Source: a virus (lineage: Duplodnaviria > Caudoviricetes). Taken from it: 60,006 nucleotides of DNA. Under the pieces are notes generated by a model that was not told the DNA's origin, searched no databases, and saw only the letters and a list, made by a program, of their open reading frames with translations. A program made the translations under genes and the position numbers. The stretch's first letter is position 1. Every line of letters starts with the position of its first letter. Positions 28,499 to 36,227 of the stretch are shown in pieces. The stretch lies in IMG/VR virus record IMGVR_UViG_3300044724_005967, positions 1 to 60,006 of that record, one strand, 5' to 3'.

Positions 28499-28659
28499 TG
28501 AAAACCTACAGGGCGTTTTTCGAAGAGTTCGAAGTAACCTTTACCATGTACCCAGCAGAGGTACACGAGATTGGTGTGACCGAGATGGCACACTTGCTAC
28601 TGAAGCAAGAAGGAGCAGATGTTTTGTTCTCTGAAGTACAATGGGAGGTCGTGGCATAG
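28498..28659 (+). CDS. Small acidic early protein
   Basis: AGGAGG SD, TAATG coupling. Confidence 0.5.
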   Translation: MKTYRAFFEEFEVTFTMYPAEVHEIGVTEMAHLLLKQEGADVLFSEVQWEVVA

Positions 28660-29180
28660 TGGATACTGTAGACATCCAAAAGTCTGAAAGAATCAATAAA
28701 GTGCAGTTGAATGAAGACTACACCTATATTGGAAAGATCGGAGACATTGTTATCTATTCTTATTCGACCGATGATGAAGAGTATCTGATCAAACTGTGCC
28801 TCGACACTGGAGGCAGGTCGATGACATGCGTCGGAATACTCGACCTTGCAAAAGATCGTAGAGGCATATACAGCGTTATGATGGTTCGAATTGCAAAAGA
28901 GTATCAAGGATTCAACATTGCACCGAAGTTGTATCGCATGGCAATGAAGAAGTTAGGCATCTCGATATCAACGTATAGCTGCCAATCATTAGGTGGTCGT
29001 TCAATATGGACAAGGTTGTTTCAACTAAAAGATGTGCAGATTGCAGCGTATCGTCGAGGAAGTGGAACCCCGAGGAAGGTATATCCAGTCTACTTTGACG
29101 AGTATCACAATAGATTGGAAGGCGATAAAGAAACTATCTGGAAAGAAACAGGCAACTGGGAACTGATTGCATCAGTGTAG
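28659..29180 (+). CDS. GNAT-like acetyltransferase fold protein
   Basis: VRIAKEYQGFNIAPKLY resembles motif A; QSLGGRSIW. Confidence 0.5.
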   Translation: MDTVDIQKSERINKVQLNEDYTYIGKIGDIVIYSYSTDDEEYLIKLCLDTGGRSMTCVGILDLAKDRRGIYSVMMVRIAKEYQGFNIAPKLYRMAMKKLGISISTYSCQSLGGRSIWTRLFQLKDVQIAAYRRGSGTPRKVYPVYFDEYHNRLEGDKETIWKETGNWELIASV

Positions 29181-29210
29181 GTGAGGAATTATGTTAGGAG
29201 TTTCAATATA

Positions 29211-29573
29211 ATGGGTAGAAAAAGAAAGAACGATCCGTTTGCAGTCGAAGAAGTCGAGATACTTGATCCTGACTTCAAGCAACCACAAATGATCATTCAG
29301 CTTCGTAAGGTCGTCGACTCTATCGGCAATCCGAAGCCACTTCATTGGGTTCGTACTGATAATGGTCGTAATGTCTGGGTTGCTCACAAGCATGCTAAGA
29401 CTATTGTCAACATCTACGATCAATTGACTAGCAAAGAAGCTACGTCGAGCGTGGTGCAAAATCGACAAGATCCTGCTATTAATGCTCGTCGTACTCGCCT
29501 CAAGCGAGAGTTTATGCAGCGTTTGCAAACTACTGTTGGTCTTCAATCTATTATCGAAGGACTACGTGCATGA
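29211..29573 (+). CDS. Early hypothetical protein
   Basis: AGGAG SD; MIIQLRKVVD motif. Confidence 0.5.
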   Translation: MGRKRKNDPFAVEEVEILDPDFKQPQMIIQLRKVVDSIGNPKPLHWVRTDNGRNVWVAHKHAKTIVNIYDQLTSKEATSSVVQNRQDPAINARRTRLKREFMQRLQTTVGLQSIIEGLRA

Positions 29574-29800
29574 GAATATTTAAAGAAATCACTGATTGGC
29601 CTGAGGTCGAGTACGATGTCAAGAACCATTCTTATGCTGTGAATGATGCAGGTAAGTGTGTTGGCTATTGCAAGACAGGTACCACTGAGTGGATCTTCTT
29701 CAAAAAGCCTAAGTTTTTTGACAGAGCTCGTCGTAAGTTTATACAGCTTAAGTCAGGAAATATTTTTAATTTATTTCACGAAAACTATGTACAATACTAG
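29570..29800 (+). CDS. Early hypothetical protein
   Basis: ATGA overlap; KEITDW...NHSY...FDRARRKF. Confidence 0.5.
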   Translation: MRIFKEITDWPEVEYDVKNHSYAVNDAGKCVGYCKTGTTEWIFFKKPKFFDRARRKFIQLKSGNIFNLFHENYVQY

Positions 29801-29816
29801 TTTTTTTTGGTAGAAT
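29788..29816 (+). promoter_or_regulatory. Early promoter
   Basis: TGTACA-N17-TAGAAT. Confidence 0.7.
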
Positions 29817-29833
29817 GGTACTTGTAAATTGAA

Positions 29834-29930
29834 TTGGCCGAGAATGTAGAGGTGGGGTTGCAACCCGATACGGCCCAAATAGCAGATATATGACAGCCTC
29901 TCATTCACCTTAATTAGCCTGTAGGAGGGC
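29834..29930 (+). ncRNA. Candidate structured 5' leader RNA (pseudoknot-capable)
   Basis: GGCCG/CGGCC, GGGTTGCAACCC hairpin, GAATG(T)AGAGG/CCTCTCATTC. Confidence 0.4.
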
Positions 29931-29933
29931 AAT

Positions 29934-30071
29934 ATGAAAAAAGAAAATAACGTGGTTGAATTTCCAAGCCAAAACAATGATGATCAACGTGACAAAATCG
30001 AATGTCAAGCTGACGAGATTGCGGAACAAACTGCTGCCATCGCTAACCTAATTTTTGGTGAGGAGGATTAA
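29934..30071 (+). CDS. 45-aa acidic microprotein (not in ORF track)
   Basis: AGGAGG SD; MKKENNVVEFPSQNNDDQRDKIECQ... Confidence 0.5.
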   Translation: MKKENNVVEFPSQNNDDQRDKIECQADEIAEQTAAIANLIFGEED

Positions 30072-30073
30072 TA

Positions 30074-31060
30074 ATGGCACATATGGTTGAAACAATGGCG
30101 TATGCTGGTGAAGTTCCTTGGCACGGTTTAGGTATCAAGGTAAACGATGATCTGTCGCCTCAAGAAATGATGAAGGTTGCTGGTCTTGATTGGTCAGTAG
30201 ATCGTCATCCGATTACTACGCTGGTAGATGGTGAAGAGATCACTATCACAGGCAAAAAAGCTTTGGTTCGTTCATCTGATAACAAAGTACTCGATGTTGT
30301 AGGAGATCAGTGGATCCCAGTCCAAAATGCTGATGCATTCGAGTTCTTTGACGAGTATGTTAAGGCTGGCGGCATGACGATGCACACTGCTGGATCGTTG
30401 AAAGATGGCCAGATTGTTTGGGGACTCGCTAAGATTAACGAATCTTTTTCTCTCTTTGGTGGTAAGGATCAGGTAGACTCCTACCTCTTGCTGTCAAATC
30501 CACATAATTATGGTCGCGGTGTCGATGTTCGATTCACACCCATTCGGGTCGTTTGCAATAACACCCTGTCAATGTCTCTCGAAGGCAAAGCATCGCTCGG
30601 TATTTCTCTGAATCACAAATCAGAGTTTGATGCAGAGCGTGTCCGCCTTGCCCTTGATGAGGCATCTAAGAAGATGGAAACTTACCACGAAATGGCAGAT
30701 TTCCTCTCGAAGAAGTACTACAAGCAAGCTGAACTGTTTGAATACTTTAACCAAGTCTTCCCTGTTACCACCAATCGTGCTGGTACAATGGACTTTGACG
30801 AGCTAATGAAGTCATTCCAAGAAGGTAAGAAAGCTGGTTCGCGAAACGCTCGCACTGCAATGGACATCATTAACACTCAGCCTGGTGCATCACTTGCCGA
30901 AGGTACTTGGTGGAATGCTTACAACGCAGTGACTTACATGACTAATCACACTCTCGGCAACAGTCAAGATACTCGACTACAGTCAGCTTGGTTTGGTCAT
31001 AACAAGAACACGAACATCAACGCTTTAGGTATGGCAATTGAATACGCTCAAGCAGCGTAA
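30074..31060 (+). CDS. DUF932-family phage/plasmid protein
   Basis: MAHMVETMAYAGEVPWHGLG, VQN, TAGSL, FTPIRVVCNNTL, GTWWNAYNAVT. Confidence 0.85.
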   Translation: MAHMVETMAYAGEVPWHGLGIKVNDDLSPQEMMKVAGLDWSVDRHPITTLVDGEEITITGKKALVRSSDNKVLDVVGDQWIPVQNADAFEFFDEYVKAGGMTMHTAGSLKDGQIVWGLAKINESFSLFGGKDQVDSYLLLSNPHNYGRGVDVRFTPIRVVCNNTLSMSLEGKASLGISLNHKSEFDAERVRLALDEASKKMETYHEMADFLSKKYYKQAELFEYFNQVFPVTTNRAGTMDFDELMKSFQEGKKAGSRNARTAMDIINTQPGASLAEGTWWNAYNAVTYMTNHTLGNSQDTRLQSAWFGHNKNTNINALGMAIEYAQAA

Positions 31061-31066
31061 GGGTTT

Positions 31067-31090
31067 GGCGGCCGAAAGGCCGCCTTTTTT
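31067..31090 (+). terminator. Rho-independent terminator
   Basis: GGCGGCC-GAAA-GGCCGCC followed by T6. Confidence 0.9.
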
Positions 31091-31095
31091 ACACA

Positions 31096-31103
31096 TATAA
31101 ATA
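31096..31103 (+). promoter_or_regulatory. T4-type late promoter
   Basis: Exact TATAAATA just after the terminator. Confidence 0.7.
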
Positions 31104-31129
31104 TTATTCCATACGGAGGAGGATTTGTT

Positions 31130-31459
31130 ATGGAATTGATTGTTGGTTTAGTAGTAGTTGCAGGATTGGTGGCTTTTTTCTTTTGGCCGAAAGTAAGTGT
31201 GAAGATCGATGATGTGCAAGAAGACATCACCGAAGCTCGCGAAGCTGTCGAAGAAAAGTTTGAAGAAGTCATTGAAGATGTTGAAGATGCAGTGAAAGAA
31301 GCATTGAATAATCTTCCCACTAAAGCGCAACTCATGAAGCTCACAAAGGCAAAGATCGATGAACTGGCTCAAGAAGTTGGTATCACACTTGATCGCCGTC
31401 AAACAAAAGAGAAGATGGTTGCTGAACTTCAGAAGCAAGCTAAAAAAGCGAAACAGTAA
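31130..31459 (+). CDS. Membrane-anchored protein with C-terminal HeH/Rho-N-like motif
   Basis: GGAGGAGG SD; N-terminal TM; LMKLTKAKIDELAQEVGITLDRRQTKEKMV. Confidence 0.55.
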   Translation: MELIVGLVVVAGLVAFFFWPKVSVKIDDVQEDITEAREAVEEKFEEVIEDVEDAVKEALNNLPTKAQLMKLTKAKIDELAQEVGITLDRRQTKEKMVAELQKQAKKAKQ

Positions 31460-31460
31460 T

Positions 31461-31709
31461 ATGGCAAAAGTAATCGACGACGCGCCGAAGGAATTCGGTG
31501 CTCAGTCTTTTCTATTCGAAATAGAGAAGCTACGTGAGAAAGATTCGATCGATTATATGGATGCCATTTTACATTATTGCGAAAGAAACGAAATTGAGAT
31601 TGAGGCTGTGGCGCAGTATATTCGAAAGAATCTAGTGCTCAAAGCCAAGATCCAAGAAGAAGCCGAAGAACTGAACTTTTTACAGAAGACTGCACGTTTA
31701 CCTATATGA
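31461..31709 (+). CDS. gp33: Late transcription co-activator (T4 gp33-like)
   Basis: YMDAILHYCERNEIEIE...LKAKIQEEAEELNFL...LPI; synteny with gp59 and gp32. Confidence 0.85.
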   Translation: MAKVIDDAPKEFGAQSFLFEIEKLREKDSIDYMDAILHYCERNEIEIEAVAQYIRKNLVLKAKIQEEAEELNFLQKTARLPI

Positions 31710-32275
31710 TTGAACCTTTTGATGCATATCAGAAGTACCTTGCGATTAAATTGCATTTCTCTCAGCCATCATATGATTATTTTAAATATCATGGCAAGAC
31801 GAATGCACGCAAGGATAAGTTTGACCTCAGGCAAGACCGTTTCTTTTTTCACAAGCTCTCTAAGAAAGAGAATCTCGAGTTGTACCTCGCCTCCAATTTT
31901 TTGGAAAATCCAGACTTGTGGGCAGGACAACTCTTAGAACAAGAATGCATAGACAGATATAAAGAGACACTGAAACGCCATCAGTCGTTAGAATATCTGT
32001 TTAAGAAGGATCTATCACTGTTTGATAGTCTCGATGAGGCTTTCACTGTGAGATCTGGCGACTATCCCAAGATACTGAATATGTTTAACCGTAAGGAAAT
32101 CATGGCTGAAACTATGATTATTCTCGACGGTACATGTAATATGTTCCATTATTGGGATGGTAACATATCAGACACTATCTTGTGGCCGAAGATACGTGAT
32201 AAGCTGATTAAATACGGCTCGTTTATCTCTTACGATAAAGAGAAATACAACGATGTGATTAAAAACATCATCTAA
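31706..32275 (+). CDS. gp59: Helicase loader (T4 gp59-like)
   Basis: YLAIKLHFSQPSYDYFKYHGK, RQDRFFFHKLS. Confidence 0.85.
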   Translation: MIEPFDAYQKYLAIKLHFSQPSYDYFKYHGKTNARKDKFDLRQDRFFFHKLSKKENLELYLASNFLENPDLWAGQLLEQECIDRYKETLKRHQSLEYLFKKDLSLFDSLDEAFTVRSGDYPKILNMFNRKEIMAETMIILDGTCNMFHYWDGNISDTILWPKIRDKLIKYGSFISYDKEKYNDVIKNII

Positions 32276-32299
32276 CACACACAACACAGGAGACATATT

Positions 32300-32572
32300 A
32301 TGTCCAATCCTTATGAACTACGTTTTAAAGTGCTAGAAATGGCACGTGACCTCGAAATGAATCGCTACGATCAAATGAATGGTGCTTTTTGGCATTTACA
32401 TATAGAACTCGAAAATACGATTGCTAAGATTCGAGATACTGGTGATATCTCAGCAATGAGAAAGCTTGAAGAACAACTAGATAATGTGAAGTCTTTCTTA
32501 CCAAAGATACCACAACCCAGCGACATTAAGTCGAAAGCAAGTGAGCTTTATGAGTTCGTCACTGAAAAGTGA
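32300..32572 (+). CDS. Hypothetical protein
   Basis: CAGGAG SD; NPYELRFKVLEMARD...ASELYEFV. Confidence 0.55.
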   Translation: MSNPYELRFKVLEMARDLEMNRYDQMNGAFWHLHIELENTIAKIRDTGDISAMRKLEEQLDNVKSFLPKIPQPSDIKSKASELYEFVTEK

Positions 32573-32622
32573 TATAAATAAGGGGGAGGGGGGTTTACAA
32601 CTCCTCTCTTTTATAGTAGAAT
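32573..32622 (+). promoter_or_regulatory. Stacked late promoter, hairpin and early promoter upstream of gp32
   Basis: TATAAATA 32573-32580; G-rich/CTCCTCTCTTTT hairpin; TTTACA-N17-TAGAAT (32594-32622). Confidence 0.65.
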
Positions 32623-32685
32623 ATACTTGTTATATTATGAATATTGTGAATAAACTGTTAATACATTGCATACAAGGAAATACAT

Positions 32686-33597
32686 ATGGATTTTGCAAGT
32701 CTAAAATCAAACCGTAAGTCGTCATTCGACAAACTTACAGCAGCCGCAGAAAAAGTAGCGGGCAATCAATCACAAAGCAACGGTCCAGACGAACGCTTTT
32801 GGAAACCCACAGTCGATACAGCAGGTAATGGTTCTGCCATTATTCGATTCTTGCCTGCACCCTCAGGTGAAGATGTGCCTTTCGTTCGATATTGGGACCA
32901 TGGCTTCCAAGGCCCTGGTGGTTGGTATATCGAGAAGTCATTGACTTCTATTGGTCTCGACGATCCTGTCGGTGAATATAACTCTAAGTTGTGGAACTCT
33001 GGTCTTGAATCAGACAAAGAGATTGCACGTAAGCAGAAGCGACGTCTTCACTATGTGTCTAATATCTTGGTCGTCTCTGATCCTGCCAATCCTCAGAACG
33101 AAGGCAAAGTCTTCCTCTATGAGTATGGTAAGAAAATCTTTGATAAGATCAATGATGTAATGCACCCCGCTTTTGAAGACGAGGATGCAGTCAACCCATT
33201 TGATATGTGGGAAGGTGCCAACTTCCGCCTGCGCATTCGTAAGGTAGAAGGTTATCGTAACTACGACAAGTCAGCATTCGACTCTCCGTCTGCTCTATCT
33301 AACGATGACAGCGAACTTGAAACCATTTGGAAACAGGAACATGGACTTGCCGAGTTCCTCGATCAGAAGAACTTTAAGTCGTACGAAGAGCTTCAACAAA
33401 AGTTGATGCGTGTACTTGGTGGATTGCAACCTGATAGTGTAGCAGAAGATGTACCTAATGCATCACCTGCGGCAGCTCCTGTTGAACCAGCATGGACACC
33501 TCCAGCAGCTACAGCAGAACCTGCAGCAGAAACAACTACGTCATTTGATGATGATGACGAGTCGCTAGATTTCTTTAGGAAGTTAGCTAACGATTAA
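32686..33597 (+). CDS. gp32: Single-stranded DNA-binding protein (T4 gp32-like)
   Basis: DERFWKP, AIIRFLP, HGFQGPGGWYIE, YGKKIFDKI, NYDKSAF, acidic tail. Confidence 0.95.
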   Translation: MDFASLKSNRKSSFDKLTAAAEKVAGNQSQSNGPDERFWKPTVDTAGNGSAIIRFLPAPSGEDVPFVRYWDHGFQGPGGWYIEKSLTSIGLDDPVGEYNSKLWNSGLESDKEIARKQKRRLHYVSNILVVSDPANPQNEGKVFLYEYGKKIFDKINDVMHPAFEDEDAVNPFDMWEGANFRLRIRKVEGYRNYDKSAFDSPSALSNDDSELETIWKQEHGLAEFLDQKNFKSYEELQQKLMRVLGGLQPDSVAEDVPNASPAAAPVEPAWTPPAATAEPAAETTTSFDDDDESLDFFRKLAND

Positions 33598-33612
33598 TAG
33601 CTTGGGAAGCTT

Positions 33613-33689
33613 AGGGTCGTAGATCTTCAAAAGCGCGCGGGCCTTTAAACGTAGGTCTTCAAAAGCGCGCGGGTCTACGACCCTTTTTT
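33613..33689 (+). terminator. Long terminator-like hairpin with internal 32-nt-period direct repeat between convergent genes
   Basis: AGGGTCGTAGA / TCTACGACCCT perfect 11-bp stem then T-run; TCTTCAAAAGCGCGCGGG twice inside. Confidence 0.65.
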
Positions 33690-36027
33690 ATGTCTGATTT
33701 TTGTTAGAAAGGAATGGATCTGTAGACATGTATGTAGGACCAGCAGATTCTAGACGTGATTTCATCTGAGTACCACCCGGTATATCTCTTACTTTTGTTT
33801 GGCCAACATTCTTGATAATAGGTAATATAGTTGTTTTCATTATCTCATCAATAGTCTCATCAACGACTGTATCTACTTTATCATTGATACCATCAATCGT
33901 ATTATTGATTGGTGTTTCTATCTTCTCAGCGATCACATCTTCAACATCGCCTCTCACCTCAACTGGAACTTTTTCGAGTAGATCACTGATTGGTATTACT
34001 TCTCCTACTTGAGGTAATTCGATAGAGGCAACACCGTCTTTTACGATATCTGTTGGATCAGCCATATCAAGGGCTTGCAATTTATTTAATGCTTCGGCTG
34101 CGCTGATTACCCCAGCTTGCAGATCTGCCCGAATGTTTGCTGCTTCTTGAGTATAGTGTTTGATCTGTTCTTCGTCTTCGAAAATATCTTCGAGTACAGC
34201 TTCATCGATATGTTCGTTAAGAGACTTGACAGGTTCTTCCTTCGGAGCATGATCTTTTTCTTTTTGCTTCCTATCAGCAACTTCATTCGCATAAATCATA
34301 TCCAAAATATCTTGCAGACCTTCCGTACCTACGGCAGAGAAGATAGCTGATGATAATGGTGTATCATATTCTTCTTCATATCTATTATCGAGATCATTGT
34401 ATTCACTTTGACGCATATCTTTAAAAGCAGCTTTAATATCTGATTCTGATTCAGCAACATCGAATAAACCTTCACCAAGAAGATCACCTATCATTTCTAC
34501 ATCGTTCATGCCATTGTATTTTTCTGCCATTTCCTCTTCAGAAGTGGCTTCGACATCTTCAAGGTTCACATCACCACCACCAAAGACAGCTTCACCGAGA
34601 GCTTCGTCTATCTCTGTATTATCAGCTATTAATGTACCAACGATCATACCACCAGCCAAGGCACCTCCTACTAATGCAACTGGAGCCAATGCTGCTGCCG
34701 TCGCAGCACTCGCTGCCGCAACTCCTGTAGCACCCAATGCTCCAGCCGCCATACTCACACCAGTTGCTGTCATCGCTCCAAGACTTGCAACTTCGGCCGC
34801 TGTTACAAGAGTTCCAGTCGGTCCTTCTTCCATCGCAGCTATAGTTTGTTCGATTAAGCTGGCTTCTTCTTCAATATCGATGTCTGTTTCTTCTACTGCT
34901 TCATCTTCAGTAACACCATCATTTTCAGGTGCATCAAGACCGAGCTCTCTCATTTGATCAGGAGTGAGATACTCACCTTCTTGTGCAGTCTCTAATGAGT
35001 CGGCATAATCTTTATCAGGATCGAGTGCTCCTGTGTCTTCTTCAATCTCTGGTTCGGGTTCATCATCAGTCACCATCGCAGCAACATCATCTGCAAACAT
35101 TGCAATGGCACCCATTGTCGCGATATTCATTGCACGTGCAAAGAATCCCATTGCTTTTGCAGTAACATAACCAGCTGCTAAGCCACCTACCGCAAGCGCA
35201 GCACCTTTTATTTTGCCGCCTTCGATATCTGCTTCATCACGACGTCTCTCGTTAGCCCTATTAGTCGCAGCATTTTGATCAATAGCATCCTTCAATGCAC
35301 CTTTAATAACACCCAAAGAGCTATTAGTGACTACCAACTGTTTGTTCAGATCACCGACTTGATTACGTAAGCCATCAACAATTTGAAAGAGTTTACCTAT
35401 TTGAGCAATACGAGTAGGTAGCATAGTACCAGATTCGATGAATGGATAACCACCTTCTTCATCAAGCATAATGTCTTCTGTTACGACAATACTTGCTTCA
35501 GTAGCTCCACGTATTTGTTCATCTGTATCGAGTTGAGGTATCGATACTGCCATGGCCATCGGCATCCATGACAAATCGATTGGTTTATCTTCTAGCATTT
35601 GTGCAGGCGATGCGCGCGCTCCATCATCAGCTAAATATTCAGCACCTCCTGGAGCAAGAGCATCTGGCTCATCACTTCCTCCACCAAACATCGAACCGAT
35701 AAGTCCACCGATACCACCAGCTCCTAAAGCTCCAGCAAGTTTACCTTTAAATCCCTTTGTACCAGCTGCGACCTTTTGATTCTTTGCTATACGTTTTGCT
35801 TCACGTTTTTGTCGTAGTGCTTTTGCTCTTGCGTTCCTCGCTTTGACTTCAGCCTTACTTCTTTCAGCTGGTTTTTTAGTGCGAGAAGATTTTACATTTG
35901 CGTCTTGTTTCTTTTTGACAGCAGTTTGCTTCTTTGCTTTTGCTATTTTACGCGCTTCTTCTGCCTTCTTAGCAGATTTTTCAGCTGCCTTCTTGAGAAG
36001 TTTTTTTGCTGCGCTAAAGAGTGCCAT
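33688..36027 (-). CDS. Tape-measure / baseplate hub protein (gp29-like)
   Basis: 779 aa, helical, Ala/Gly-rich hydrophobic stretches; sits directly downstream of the gp26-like gene. Confidence 0.55.
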   Translation of the reverse strand: MALFSAAKKLLKKAAEKSAKKAEEARKIAKAKKQTAVKKKQDANVKSSRTKKPAERSKAEVKARNARAKALRQKREAKRIAKNQKVAAGTKGFKGKLAGALGAGGIGGLIGSMFGGGSDEPDALAPGGAEYLADDGARASPAQMLEDKPIDLSWMPMAMAVSIPQLDTDEQIRGATEASIVVTEDIMLDEEGGYPFIESGTMLPTRIAQIGKLFQIVDGLRNQVGDLNKQLVVTNSSLGVIKGALKDAIDQNAATNRANERRRDEADIEGGKIKGAALAVGGLAAGYVTAKAMGFFARAMNIATMGAIAMFADDVAAMVTDDEPEPEIEEDTGALDPDKDYADSLETAQEGEYLTPDQMRELGLDAPENDGVTEDEAVEETDIDIEEEASLIEQTIAAMEEGPTGTLVTAAEVASLGAMTATGVSMAAGALGATGVAAASAATAAALAPVALVGGALAGGMIVGTLIADNTEIDEALGEAVFGGGDVNLEDVEATSEEEMAEKYNGMNDVEMIGDLLGEGLFDVAESESDIKAAFKDMRQSEYNDLDNRYEEEYDTPLSSAIFSAVGTEGLQDILDMIYANEVADRKQKEKDHAPKEEPVKSLNEHIDEAVLEDIFEDEEQIKHYTQEAANIRADLQAGVISAAEALNKLQALDMADPTDIVKDGVASIELPQVGEVIPISDLLEKVPVEVRGDVEDVIAEKIETPINNTIDGINDKVDTVVDETIDEIMKTTILPIIKNVGQTKVRDIPGGTQMKSRLESAGPTYMSTDPFLSNKNQT

Positions 36028-36227
36028 TAAAATTGTTCGCCTATTTCTACTTTATCTTTATTCTTTTTCTTTTCGATCTTCTCTTTGATCAGATCGATCC
36101 ATACCTCTCTTTCGAAAGGTATCATATTCTCTATTTCAGGAATCGTAATTGGGTGATACTGAGTCAAATTAAACGTAAGTTTATAATGAGAATAAAGGTC
36201 GAGATAACTCAGCCCAACATAAAAAAA
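36027..36227 (-). CDS. -1 frame extension of the gp26-like gene (66 codons)
   Basis: Reads FFYVGLSYLDLYSHYKLTFNLTQYHPITIPEIENMIPFEREVWIDLIKEK...; begins at T7 run; TAA overlaps tape-measure ATG. Confidence 0.65.
   Translation of the reverse strand, partial: FFYVGLSYLDLYSHYKLTFNLTQYHPITIPEIENMIPFEREVWIDLIKEKIEKKKNKDKVEIGEQF

Noticed and set aside
29834-29906. HDV-like ribozyme or fluoride riboswitch
   Set aside because: Helix order is HDV-like but the P1.1 and catalytic J4/2 signatures are missing; the crcB consensus does not match. Kept only as an unassigned structure.
32272-32299. CA-rich run (ACACACACAACACAGGAG) before a small gene
   Set aside because: Adequately explained as an unstructured translation enhancer plus SD; too short to support more.
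33618-33676. Possible mini-CRISPR array
   Set aside because: Only two units with a 5-nt gap, and no cas genes; the exonuclease at 21.9 kb is an ordinary phage PD-(D/E)XK enzyme.
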